A stretch of 64,000 nt of DNA, from positions 96,001 to 160,000 of the IMG/VR virus record IMGVR_UViG_3300010885_057925, one strand, 5' to 3'. Shown here piece by piece: positions 49,686 to 58,046 of this stretch (its first letter is position 1; each line of letters begins with the position of its first letter). Below the pieces are notes generated by a model. The model searched no databases and was not told where the DNA came from. It worked only from the letters and a program-made list of their open reading frames with translations. Both the position numbers and the translations under genes were made by a program. Origin of the DNA: a virus.

Positions 49686-50192
49686 TTAAGAATTTTTTTT
49701 CATAATTTCTTTCATGATTTTAACACGTTGCTTCGCTTTACGAAGCTTGTCTTTCGGTCGCTCGATCTCGGTGCAAAAAGCGATAGTGTGTTCAGCTGCT
49801 GACGCTTCCCGCTTCTCAAGAGACATTATCTTCTTACTCTTCTTTAAAGCGCCTATGATTCTGTCTATCGACTTCTTAGTATCTTTCATTTCGTGAGGCT
49901 TCATTTTTTTTCCAAGGCCTCGTGGGTTGATTTGAAAAATGCCAAGCTCTCCCGCGGATCCGACAGCGTCGGGATTTAATTTGCTTTCAGCGTAAGCATT
50001 AACAATAGCACCCATAATCAAGTTGTCAGAAAATCCATGAGACCGTAGCTTACGCTCGATTCCACGAGCGATATCAACCTGATCATCGTTCAAAACTAGA
50101 TTGTTCGCGACTGTGAACTCGTAGGGTTCGGGTTCGGCTCTCGAAATTTCACTTGGGTATAGGGCGATTGCGCTAATTGAAATAAAGCACAA
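49686..50192 (-). CDS. Lysozyme-like/lytic transglycosylase (phage tail lysozyme-type)
   Basis: GAIVNAYAESKLNPDAV...LGIFQ...ERP. Start uncertain (TTG 50192 chosen). Confidence 0.6.
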   Translation of the reverse strand: MCFISISAIALYPSEISRAEPEPYEFTVANNLVLNDDQVDIARGIERKLRSHGFSDNLIMGAIVNAYAESKLNPDAVGSAGELGIFQINPRGLGKKMKPHEMKDTKKSIDRIIGALKKSKKIMSLEKREASAAEHTIAFCTEIERPKDKLRKAKQRVKIMKEIMKKNS

Positions 50193-50469
50193 CCCATGTG
50201 CCAAGTGCGAGAGATGATGCATTAACGATTGCAAGCTCAAGTCTTTCTCCTTTTGACTTTGCGTCCAGGTAAAAAAACATGTTGAACGCATTGATGAGTG
50301 GCAGAACAAATCCGAGTGAGACCGCAATCAAGACTTCTTCGTGGGCTAGTGCTATTGAGAATCTCGTTGCAAAGACGTTTGTGCACATCGAAAGTGCAAA
50401 CGCAGCTAGGAGACGAACGATCCTCTGCTTTAGTATGCTCCGTGGGTCTTTTTCCATGCGATGTCTCAC
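50173..50469 (-). CDS. Hypothetical membrane protein
   Basis: Three hydrophobic segments, ATGA overlap. Confidence 0.55.
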   Translation of the reverse strand: MRHRMEKDPRSILKQRIVRLLAAFALSMCTNVFATRFSIALAHEEVLIAVSLGFVLPLINAFNMFFYLDAKSKGERLELAIVNASSLALGTWVVLYFN

Positions 50470-50786
50470 TCGTCGTTGTCTGCCAATTCGTAATTATGCT
50501 TCTTGCTGACTAGCTCCCAAGCACGCTGACGTACTTCCATCATTACGTGACCTCTCTTTGATCTATTCGACAGACGGTCAATCCTCTTTTTGCTGAGAAT
50601 ACCCCTAAGAATCTTTCGAAACTTCCTGCGACACCGAAGAGATTCATCTTTTGTCATCGATGCTAGAGCTTCATCGATGCTTCTCGGTCTCTCATCACGA
50701 AAGGCGCTAGCGATCGTAGGGTGAATAACCCCAAGATCAAGGGCGATCATATCACTGAAAATATCGATCTGCTTGTAAGCGCTCAT
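50466..50786 (-). CDS. Hypothetical basic protein
   Basis: 106 aa, AGGAG SD. Confidence 0.6.
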   Translation of the reverse strand: MSAYKQIDIFSDMIALDLGVIHPTIASAFRDERPRSIDEALASMTKDESLRCRRKFRKILRGILSKKRIDRLSNRSKRGHVMMEVRQRAWELVSKKHNYELADNDE

Positions 50787-50798
50787 GTTGTCTCCTAG

Positions 50799-50839
50799 AA
50801 AAAATGCCGGAGCATCAATAGGTTGATAGCTCCGGCATT
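50799..50839 (-). terminator. Intrinsic terminator
   Basis: AATGCCGGAGC...GCTCCGGCATT stem followed by a U-tract on the minus strand. Confidence 0.75.
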
Positions 50840-50844
50840 GAGTT

Positions 50845-51050
50845 TACTGACCACTAGCATCGTGTGGAATTTCAACTGGACACAAGCTTATCTGATCGCT
50901 GAAATCGATCGATGCGATACTCCATTTTTAGAACCGGAGAGGACGCGGTCCCAACGCTGGACATCTCAGACCCTACGTTGAATAATGATATTCCTCTCGG
51001 ACGCAAGACAACAAAGGAAGTGCGTCTACGCTATCACTAGAATGATAGCA
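50845..51050 (-). ncRNA. Candidate structured ncRNA downstream of tRNA-Glu
   Basis: Non-coding stretch with several nested inverted repeats between the tRNA and the terminator. No family recognised. Confidence 0.3.
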
Positions 51051-51052
51051 TC

Positions 51053-51127
51053 TGGTGATCCCACTGGGAGTTGAACCCAGCTTACGAGATTGAAAGTCTC
51101 GAGTCCTAACCGATAGACGATGGGATC
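51053..51127 (-). tRNA. tRNA-Glu(TTC)
   Basis: Cloverleaf with CGAGA-CT TTC AA-TCTCG, CCA encoded. Confidence 0.95.
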
Positions 51128-51131
51128 AATG

Positions 51132-51205
51132 TGGTTGGGGCGTAAGGATTCGAACCTTCATTCGCGGGGTCAAAGCCCGCTGTCCTACCGTTGAACGACG
51201 CCCCA
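51132..51205 (-). tRNA. tRNA-Gln(TTG)
   Basis: GCGGG-CT TTG AC-CCCGC, U1-A72, CCA. Confidence 0.95.
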
Positions 51206-51247
51206 TCATGGGTCCGTTTTTGCGGAACGGTTTCCTGAAACCTCAGG

Positions 51248-51323
51248 TGGTGGGCCCTGTGGGGGACGATCCCACAACCTTGTGATTAAAAGTCACTTGC
51301 TCTGCCAGTTGAGCTAAAGGCCC
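51248..51323 (-). tRNA. tRNA-Lys(TTT), atypical T-loop ATCGTCC
   Basis: GTGA-CT TTT AA-TCAC, CCA. Confidence 0.92.
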
Positions 51324-51399
51324 GCTTGATTTTGTTTGCGCGGTTTGTTTCCGCTCCTCACATATTGATAATAACATGAGTGCGGTAGCTTTGCACGAT

Positions 51400-51996
51400 T
51401 TATTTCGGCTTAACGCCACTTTTTAGCACAATCTCACAGATGTGTTCGAGACGCTCGATATGCTCAAAAGCTGACCACGGGTCCCCCGCGACGGCACAAA
51501 CTCCGTGATTTGCCTGCCCTACGACGTCGTGCTGGATCGAGCCGTCACCAGATACCCCCAGGTGGGCCCCAGTTGCGTCACCCAATTCACGTGATGTTGC
51601 CGGCAGGCAAGGTACATTAGGCCCAACACGGGTGTACCGGTTCACTTCTGGAAACTGTCTGGCAATCTCCTGCAGGTCCCAACCCGCGTACATGGCTGCA
51701 ACTATATGCGTCGCGTGAACATGCACAACGGCTCGGGTCTTTGAAGCACTCTTTTGGACTAACCAGTGCATGTGAAGCTCGCCAGAGGCGCTCTGCCCGC
51801 CGGGAACGATGACACCATCATCCGTGAGCTTACATTTCACGATATGCTCTGGGTGAATGATCGTCTTTCTCCAGCCAGAGGGCGTGATGTAGAGAGTCTT
51901 TGAATTTGTTCTACGAAGTGAGATGTTACCGTCTCGGGTGGTGATCCACCCACGCTCGTGGCACTCACGCATGATATCGCCAATTGCTGTCAGCAT
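51400..51996 (-). CDS. Class II aldolase/adducin family protein
   Basis: DGNISLR, ITPSG, SGELHMH, HVH and NHG. Confidence 0.88.
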   Translation of the reverse strand: MLTAIGDIMRECHERGWITTRDGNISLRRTNSKTLYITPSGWRKTIIHPEHIVKCKLTDDGVIVPGGQSASGELHMHWLVQKSASKTRAVVHVHATHIVAAMYAGWDLQEIARQFPEVNRYTRVGPNVPCLPATSRELGDATGAHLGVSGDGSIQHDVVGQANHGVCAVAGDPWSAFEHIERLEHICEIVLKSGVKPK

Positions 51997-51997
51997 G

Positions 51998-52375
51998 TCA
52001 ATCCTTTAGAAGTTCTTGATGCTTGGTTCCACCGTCATACGTGACTGCGAACCCTAGTTTAACAAGTTCATCGTTGCAGCACAGACCGTCTTTAGTGTGT
52101 ATCTTTCCGAGCCATCGACCGTACTTGTCCAGACCACCAGACTCAAGGTAGACGTCCTGGTCAAGGATTTTTGATCTAAGCCAATCACGAGCAGCGAGAC
52201 CCCTTTCCTTCAGCTGCTTGTCTTTGCTCTTAAGCTCAGCGGTATCGATTCCTGCTAGTCTAACCTTAAGACCCTTGAGAGTCATAGAAAACCCAAGATC
52301 AATGTCGACGGTGATCGTGTCACCATCGTACACTTTCTTGACGTTAGCGCGGTAGAAAAAGCAACGTGAGTCCAT
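51998..52375 (-). CDS. Thermonuclease (SNase-like) family protein
   Basis: KVYDGDTI, VRLAGIDTAE and DKYGRWLG. Confidence 0.88.
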   Translation of the reverse strand: MDSRCFFYRANVKKVYDGDTITVDIDLGFSMTLKGLKVRLAGIDTAELKSKDKQLKERGLAARDWLRSKILDQDVYLESGGLDKYGRWLGKIHTKDGLCCNDELVKLGFAVTYDGGTKHQELLKD

Positions 52376-52381
52376 GAGCTT

Positions 52382-52388
52382 TAAGTAT
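52382..52388 (-). promoter_or_regulatory. ATANTTA putative late promoter
   Basis: ATACTTA 6 nt before ATG 52375. Confidence 0.45.
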
Positions 52389-52391
52389 TTC

Positions 52392-52422
52392 AAAAACAGA
52401 AACGGCAGCCCGAAGGCTGCCG
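52392..52422 (-). terminator. Intrinsic terminator
   Basis: CGGCAGCC-TTCG-GGCTGCCG followed by TTTCTGTTTTT. Confidence 0.85.
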
Positions 52423-52442
52423 CTTGCTGCTATTTTAGAAGA

Positions 52443-52550
52443 TTACTTCGCTGCAGTGTCAGCAGAAGTATCAGCGGAGCTGTCATTCTTGTCGCCGGTG
52501 CAACCACCGAGGAAGATAGAGCTAAGAGCCGCGAGAATCATGAACTTCAT
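52443..52550 (-). CDS. Small lipoprotein (35 aa, not in ORF track)
   Basis: MKFMILAALSSIFLGGCTGDKNDSSADTSADTAAK, with AAGGAGA SD, lipobox LGGC and its own terminator. Confidence 0.75.
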   Translation of the reverse strand: MKFMILAALSSIFLGGCTGDKNDSSADTSADTAAK

Positions 52551-52603
52551 TACTTTCTCCTTGAGAGATTTTAATTATATGATACTTGGAAATCTTGTAA
52601 CAA

Positions 52604-52679
52604 TGGTGCCCCGAGCGGGATTCGAACCCGCCCTACAGAGATTTTAAGTCTCCTGACTCTGCCGCTGGTCTATCGGGGC
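52604..52679 (-). tRNA. tRNA-Leu(TAA), short variable region
   Basis: GGAGA-CT TAA AA-TCTCT, 76 nt, CCA. Confidence 0.9.
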
Positions 52680-52689
52680 TAGTGAATGA

Positions 52690-52718
52690 AATATAGCGAT
52701 GAGTTGATCTATTTACAA
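52690..52718 (-). promoter_or_regulatory. Sigma70-like promoter for tRNA-Leu(TAA)
   Basis: TTGTAA-N17-TATATT, 10 nt upstream of the tRNA. Confidence 0.5.
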
Positions 52719-52720
52719 GA

Positions 52721-52727
52721 ATATTTA
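52721..52727 (+). promoter_or_regulatory. ATANTTA putative late promoter
   Basis: ATATTTA 5 nt before the ATG of the + strand kinase gene. Confidence 0.5.
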
Positions 52728-52732
52728 GCGTC

Positions 52733-53767
52733 ATGGGCACTGACCTTAGAAAATTAATACGCCTAATGCTGGAGTCGGATGAGACAGTTCCGACCTCGAG
52801 AGATTTCGTTTCTTATGATCCGTTCTCTCATAGGCAGGCAACGATAGAGAGCGTTGCGAAAGACGTCGCAGAAGAGCTCGAACTTTCTAACTTGAGATAC
52901 CTTTCAAGATCGAAACGGCTTTACGGAGCTTACACGTTCGCAGCGATCGATGAAAGAAACGAGAACGTGGTGCTGAAAATTCAGCCCGTGAATGAGATCG
53001 AAGGTTACAAACGCGCGCAGCAGATGATCTCTCGTCTTCCCAATCATGTGTCACGCCATATGCCAGTCATCTATAAGATAAGGACCTTAGACGAGCTTGG
53101 CGTTCCTCTTCCAAGTGACGATTTTGGAAACTCTGAGAATCTCGGAATAATCGTCATGGAGCGTCTCGAGCAACTTCCCGGCAACATGTTCGATCTAATC
53201 ACCGAACCAGCGACAAGCTCGATGCAATCTCTGAGATCTCTTATCAGCGATCATCAAGCTTTCGGAGATATGGTCGACAATGTGATCGAAAAGAATGAGA
53301 GGACGATTTCGTCCGTTATTTCAAAATCTGATCGCAAAGTTGATAAGCTGCAAGAGCTCGAGAGATTGAGAAAGATGTTGAAATCGATTGCGTTCAGTCC
53401 TGAATCGGTTGTTGGCGACGAAAGCACGATGATAAGCGTAACAGACGGACTGAACGACACAGTTCAAGAGAAAGTAAGACTTTGGTGCCGCGCGCTAGGA
53501 ATTACAAAACCGGGTGCCATACAGACATTGACGAAAATGCTGATGAGCACAGTGTCAACGGTTCTGGGTAGACGAGCAGTACCCAAAGAGCCCACTCGCA
53601 CCAGCCCGGGAGCTCTCGGTCGTGTGAAGGGAATTCGAGAGTTGGTGAGAGCTCTAGAGGATCTTAAAAGATTGAATATCAATCCATCCGACGTTCATGG
53701 AAACAACATCATGCTACGTCCAGAAACTGGTGAGCTTGTCCTGGCTGACCTAGGTCACTTCAAGTAA
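52733..53767 (+). CDS. Protein-kinase-like fold enzyme (minimal Ser/Thr kinase)
   Basis: VVLKI, IIVMERL, DVHGNNIM and LADLG motifs. Confidence 0.75.
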   Translation: MGTDLRKLIRLMLESDETVPTSRDFVSYDPFSHRQATIESVAKDVAEELELSNLRYLSRSKRLYGAYTFAAIDERNENVVLKIQPVNEIEGYKRAQQMISRLPNHVSRHMPVIYKIRTLDELGVPLPSDDFGNSENLGIIVMERLEQLPGNMFDLITEPATSSMQSLRSLISDHQAFGDMVDNVIEKNERTISSVISKSDRKVDKLQELERLRKMLKSIAFSPESVVGDESTMISVTDGLNDTVQEKVRLWCRALGITKPGAIQTLTKMLMSTVSTVLGRRAVPKEPTRTSPGALGRVKGIRELVRALEDLKRLNINPSDVHGNNIMLRPETGELVLADLGHFK

Positions 53768-53988
53768 TCGATCTCGTCAAGTATTTCTTCGATCATTTCT
53801 CGAAGCTTCATCTGCTTGAAGTATTTCGCTATCTTTCGACGGACGTCTGGCTCGACCATGAGCCCTGGCTGGTCGAGCATGTCGGGCTCACTTCCATATG
53901 TCGGGTCATGAGGGGCTCTTGTTTTTGCTCGAGGCTCTGATAGTTTGTGTTTACCAGCGGGTGGATCGCCAGAAGTTCGCCAGCTCAT
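53755..53988 (-). CDS. Hypothetical protein
   Basis: 77 aa. ATATTTA 5 nt upstream, C-terminal KLREMIEEIL. Confidence 0.6.
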   Translation of the reverse strand: MSWRTSGDPPAGKHKLSEPRAKTRAPHDPTYGSEPDMLDQPGLMVEPDVRRKIAKYFKQMKLREMIEEILDEIDYLK

Positions 53989-53992
53989 GTGT

Positions 53993-54145
53993 CTAAATAT
54001 CCTTCCGAAATTTCCAGATAAGCCACGCGCTGAGAATCAGAAACGCTGCTGTGCCCCACCTGAATACCTCGCGACCGACAGGGTCGATAAGAGTCCACAT
54101 TAGAATGGAGAAAGCTCCGTCAAGAATCCACGAAATTACCTGCAT
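53993..54145 (-). CDS. Small membrane protein (50 aa, not in ORF track)
   Basis: MQVISWILDGAFSILMWTLIDPVGREVFRWGTAAFLILSAWLIWKFRKDI fills the gap exactly. Confidence 0.55.
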   Translation of the reverse strand: MQVISWILDGAFSILMWTLIDPVGREVFRWGTAAFLILSAWLIWKFRKDI

Positions 54146-55317
54146 GATCCGACCAAGCTGGTGGTCATCCCGCTGGGGACTTCAACTTCGACAAACGGCT
54201 CGTAGCAACCCTCAGAGTTAATGTTACGTGTGTCTGTCCAAATCAGACGAGAGGATAGATAGACGTTGACCGTAACGTCATTGGTTCCGCTGTAGACCGA
54301 TCCCGGATAGTCGTGTACATAGACTGTGTATGATCCACGTGCTGGAGAATCGATGTTGATGTTTTCAGGTCCTGTCCCCGGAATATCATCAAGGTCGAGG
54401 ATAGGGTCGTCAACAGTGCTCGCGCCACCCCAGTTGAGACCGCCCCACGTGCAGTTCGCAAAGTAGCAGTCGGAGCTGGTTGTCAGGATACCACCGTTGT
54501 CAAGGAGGTGAAGATCCATGTCATCCCCGGAATGGGCCCAGAACATCTCAACCCAGAGACCGTCGCCTGCTGTAGCGTTGAGAGTTGCGTAGCATGGCTC
54601 GGAAACCAATCCGTCGTCGTCTGTGACAATAAGCTCGCCGATGTACTCACCTGCGATGTCAGGGACGAAGCCACGTCGGTTCGCAGTTCCGCCGGGCATT
54701 GTCGAAGTTGCACCAGCTGGTGTGGAGTAGAGCGACCATGAGTAATCAGTGATAGAGCCGTCCGGATCGTAGGACGAATTACCGATCCAGTCAGCCGATT
54801 CATGGATTGCGAGCACCTCACCGGGATCAACGGAGCACACAGCTACGGGCTGCGACAAAGGTGGATCCGTATCAGCTGAATCGCCGGTGTCTACAACGAT
54901 CTCAGCACCTGCTAGCAGAGGCACACTAAGATAAGGGTTGCTAGGATCATTAGAAAGAATTTGAAGTTCACCTGTTGTCTCGCTTCCGTCAGAGGTGTAG
55001 GTTACTGTGATTTCTGCAAAAGAGTTAGGTTCGAAAGATCCAATGATCGGCTCAAGAAGAGTGAACGTCTCACGGCCACTACCGATCTGCATCGCGGTGA
55101 TGTTGAGCGTAGCATCTCCCAAAGATGAAAGAGTTGCAATCTGCGCCGATCTTTCTCCCGACGCGACAATACCAAAATCGATCGGAGACGGATCAACTTG
55201 GATTCGAGGAGTTCCCTCGGCGGGAGGATCCTTGATCGAGTGAATCTCGGTATCCATGCACCCACTCTCGAGCGGCAGTAGAAGAGTAAAAAGTAATAAG
55301 TACGGGACTCTGTTCAT
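54136..55317 (-). CDS. Lipoprotein with Ig-like (choice-of-anchor D), PKD-like and YfaP/DUF2135-like domains
   Basis: Lipobox-like ESGC, VDPSPIDFG..ILSNDP, SYDPDGSITDYSW, DMDLHL and LDLDDIPGTGPENI. Confidence 0.75.
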   Translation of the reverse strand: MNRVPYLLLFTLLLPLESGCMDTEIHSIKDPPAEGTPRIQVDPSPIDFGIVASGERSAQIATLSSLGDATLNITAMQIGSGRETFTLLEPIIGSFEPNSFAEITVTYTSDGSETTGELQILSNDPSNPYLSVPLLAGAEIVVDTGDSADTDPPLSQPVAVCSVDPGEVLAIHESADWIGNSSYDPDGSITDYSWSLYSTPAGATSTMPGGTANRRGFVPDIAGEYIGELIVTDDDGLVSEPCYATLNATAGDGLWVEMFWAHSGDDMDLHLLDNGGILTTSSDCYFANCTWGGLNWGGASTVDDPILDLDDIPGTGPENINIDSPARGSYTVYVHDYPGSVYSGTNDVTVNVYLSSRLIWTDTRNINSEGCYEPFVEVEVPSGMTTSLVGSCR

Positions 55318-55346
55318 TGTCGCTCCATTCCTAACTATAGGAGGAG

Positions 55347-55919
55347 TTAGGGGCGATTTAATGTCTCCGAAGGATCAACGATAATAATATCATCGAACCC
55401 TTCCTCGCGTGTCGGCATCTCGAATCGTGCCAGTGTATCCTCGATGATCTTTCTGCTCAGATGCTTGTCATCCAGCTCCGCAGCTCGTTTTTCGACAGAC
55501 TGCTGGACAAGTTCCTCCATCCCACGGTAGTCAAAGAACACTGCGATCTTTTCGTAATCGTCCTCACGACCCTGGATCGCTGCGAGAGCTCGACGTCTTG
55601 CTTTGGATCCCATGTTTGTCATATCAACAACGATGTCCTTACTGGAGGCGGAAGCCCCCTTGATATTGTCCTTGTGAAGCCTCTCTATCTCCTTACGATG
55701 AGCACCCGCTCTTGGACCAGCGATCTCATCGTATTTTAGTCCAAGAGGTTTCCTGACGATGTCGACCACTTTGTCGTAGCTGATGATGTAAGGGTCGGAA
55801 ACATTCTGCTCAACCCAATAGGATTTTCCGACTCCCTGCGGCCCAACAAGCACATAGATCTTGGGACGAGAGAGACTCTCGCGGATAATCTGGCGTAGAA
55901 GAGAGATAGACAAGCTCAT
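55347..55919 (-). CDS. P-loop kinase (AAA_33/polynucleotide kinase-like)
   Basis: LVGPQGVGKS, VVDMTN..RR and PTREEGFD. Start MSLSISLLRQIIRESL. Confidence 0.8.
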   Translation of the reverse strand: MSLSISLLRQIIRESLSRPKIYVLVGPQGVGKSYWVEQNVSDPYIISYDKVVDIVRKPLGLKYDEIAGPRAGAHRKEIERLHKDNIKGASASSKDIVVDMTNMGSKARRRALAAIQGREDDYEKIAVFFDYRGMEELVQQSVEKRAAELDDKHLSRKIIEDTLARFEMPTREEGFDDIIIVDPSETLNRP

Positions 55920-55936
55920 GCCCAATACATATGTTG

Positions 55937-55972
55937 AATCCCAGAGAGGATTCAATCTTCCTCTCTGGGATT
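55937..55972. terminator. 14-bp hairpin, probable terminator of acyl-CoA dehydrogenase
   Basis: AATCCCAGAGAGGA-ttcaatct-TCCTCTCTGGGATT. Confidence 0.65.
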
Positions 55973-55984
55973 GTTTACGCAGAC

Positions 55985-57874
55985 TCAGCTTTTGGCCGTG
56001 TAATCACTGCAGAACTTCCGCTCTAGTGCTGGAAGCTCCAAGTCGCCCAGCTGCGGGAGACTCTCGGCCCTCGCCATCACGGCATTTGCAGCCTCGGTTG
56101 CCTCGAGGTCAGCATTGTTCCAAACTTCAGAGAAGAGGCGATCCACCACTGCTCGACGCGACTTGAAGAAGTGCTCCATGACCGTCATGTTATGCGTGAA
56201 ATTCGCGTCCTTCCGATCCTTCTCGGTCTGGAGACGAGAGGCCACCAGGGCCATCACAGCGAGCTCAGCGCCGATGTCCACAAGTCGTGCAAGGATGAGC
56301 TGCCTCATCTCAAGCTTTGGTCCCCGGAGCAGCATCTGGTGGAAGAGAGTGAGAGCCAGTCGACGAGTGTTGCTCTCTGCCCAGCGAAGCTGTCGGGCGA
56401 TCTGATCGTCAAACTTGAAGAACTTGTCAAAAATAGAGCCCACAAAGTTCTTCAAGTACCACTTCGGGTAGATGAGAGAGCACTTTCCGACCGTCTTCAC
56501 CTTGTCCCACAGGGTAGCGCCCTTCTTGAAGAGTCCGCCGGCATTCCGGAGGTGACCGTCTAGAGCCTCACGAGCGATGAAGAGATGCATGACGTCGGTG
56601 GTTCCCTCAACGATCCGATTGATCCGAGTGTCACGGAGCACGCGCTCCATCGGGAATCCGACCTCACCACGGTCCGCCACCGACTTCTCGGTCTCGAAGC
56701 CGCGTCCACCGCGGAGCTGGAACGCGGTGTCAGCGACTTCCCAAGAACGCTCAGAGTTCCACATCTTGGCGGTTGCAGCCTCCATTCGAATGTCGACACT
56801 GTGACGGTCGCTGAGAGCTGCACCGTAGAGAGCCAGGGTCTCCATGGCGTAGGTCTGGCCTGCGATCTCAGCCAGCTTCTGCGCACCGGCCTCGTGATTG
56901 CCGACGGCCTTACCCCACTGGACGCGGCTCTTGGCCCACGAAGCGGAGAAGTCAAGGACATCTTTAGAGACAAATGCCGCCACCGCGGGAATTCCGAGTC
57001 GACCGTCATTGAGAGTGGTGAGCGCAAGCTTGAGACCCTTTCCCTCACCGAGGATGACGTTCTCAGCAGGAACCTTCACATTCCGGAATCTGATGAGACC
57101 GTTCTCGATTGCTCGAATTCCGAGGAAACGACAGCGATGGACAACCTCGAGACCTTCCGATCGACCCTCCACCACGAATGCGGTGATTCCCTTTCGACCG
57201 TCCTCCGAGGTTGTCCGAGCCATGACGACGTAGAGATCAGCCAGAGTTCCGTTGGTGCACCAGAGCTTCTCACCATTGATGACCCAGGAGCCATCGGCCT
57301 GCTTCACGGCCTCGGTGACCATGCTCGCCGGGTCGGAGCCTGCACCGGGCTCGGTGAGAGCGAAAGCTGAGAGCTCACCCTTTGCGATACGCGGAAGCCA
57401 CTTCTTCTTCTGCTCTTCGGTACCAAAAAGCTTCAGGGGTTGGGGGACACCGATCGACTGGTGAGCCGAGAGAGTGGCAGCAGTAGATCCGCAGTACTTC
57501 GCAACCGCTCCGAGGATCCGGACGTAGTTGGTCTGGGAGAGACCGAGACCGCCGTACTCCTTGGGAATCTTGATACCGAAGAGACCGAGCTCAGCGATAC
57601 CCTTCCAAACGTGAGGCGGGATCTCCTGGTTCTTGTCGATAGCGTCACCATCGAGGTTGCCCTTTGCCCAAGACTCGAATCTCGCGATTAGCTCATCTCC
57701 TGCCTCACGATCGACCACGCTCTGCTCAGGAAACGGGTAAGAGAGTTCGACATCCAGGTCGCCCATGAACATCGACCCCATAAAAGACTTGGACTTCCAG
57801 TCCAGCTCCCGGCTCTCCTCGGCGACCTGGATGGACTTTGCTTCTTCAGACGTACGATTCTTATTCTCGATCAT
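55985..57874 (-). CDS. Acyl-CoA dehydrogenase (VLCAD/ACAD9-like)
   Basis: AHQSIG, FALTEPGAGSD, NGEKLWCTNG, RVQWG, GGRGF and RDTRINRIVEGT. Confidence 0.95.
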   Translation of the reverse strand: MIENKNRTSEEAKSIQVAEESRELDWKSKSFMGSMFMGDLDVELSYPFPEQSVVDREAGDELIARFESWAKGNLDGDAIDKNQEIPPHVWKGIAELGLFGIKIPKEYGGLGLSQTNYVRILGAVAKYCGSTAATLSAHQSIGVPQPLKLFGTEEQKKKWLPRIAKGELSAFALTEPGAGSDPASMVTEAVKQADGSWVINGEKLWCTNGTLADLYVVMARTTSEDGRKGITAFVVEGRSEGLEVVHRCRFLGIRAIENGLIRFRNVKVPAENVILGEGKGLKLALTTLNDGRLGIPAVAAFVSKDVLDFSASWAKSRVQWGKAVGNHEAGAQKLAEIAGQTYAMETLALYGAALSDRHSVDIRMEAATAKMWNSERSWEVADTAFQLRGGRGFETEKSVADRGEVGFPMERVLRDTRINRIVEGTTDVMHLFIAREALDGHLRNAGGLFKKGATLWDKVKTVGKCSLIYPKWYLKNFVGSIFDKFFKFDDQIARQLRWAESNTRRLALTLFHQMLLRGPKLEMRQLILARLVDIGAELAVMALVASRLQTEKDRKDANFTHNMTVMEHFFKSRRAVVDRLFSEVWNNADLEATEAANAVMARAESLPQLGDLELPALERKFCSDYTAKS

Positions 57875-57891
57875 CTTTTCTCCTTTCGTGA

Positions 57892-57920
57892 AGTATAAAG
57901 CGAAATGAATGACTGTTCAA
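57892..57920 (-). promoter_or_regulatory. Sigma70-like promoter for acyl-CoA dehydrogenase
   Basis: TTGAAC-N17-TATACT, then an AAAGGAG SD. Confidence 0.55.
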
Positions 57921-57934
57921 CTTAAGTTGCAGAC

Positions 57935-57972
57935 AAAAGAAAAGCGGCTTTTGGAAATGCCTCCAGAGCCGC
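57935..57972 (-). terminator. Intrinsic terminator after the peroxidase gene
   Basis: GCGGCTCTGGA...TCCAAAAGCCGC followed by TTTTCTTTT. Confidence 0.65.
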
Positions 57973-58046
57973 GAACTGTGCCAACCTACGATTTGGACGG
58001 GATTGCTATCAGGATACCCGTGCTTTCGATCCCTGATCAGGGGATT

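Noticed and set aside
50845-51050. tmRNA, SRP RNA or RNase P identity for the non-coding gap
   Set aside because: It has no tRNA-Ala-like ends or tag peptide, no SRP domain IV motif and no RNase P consensus. It is kept only as an unknown candidate.
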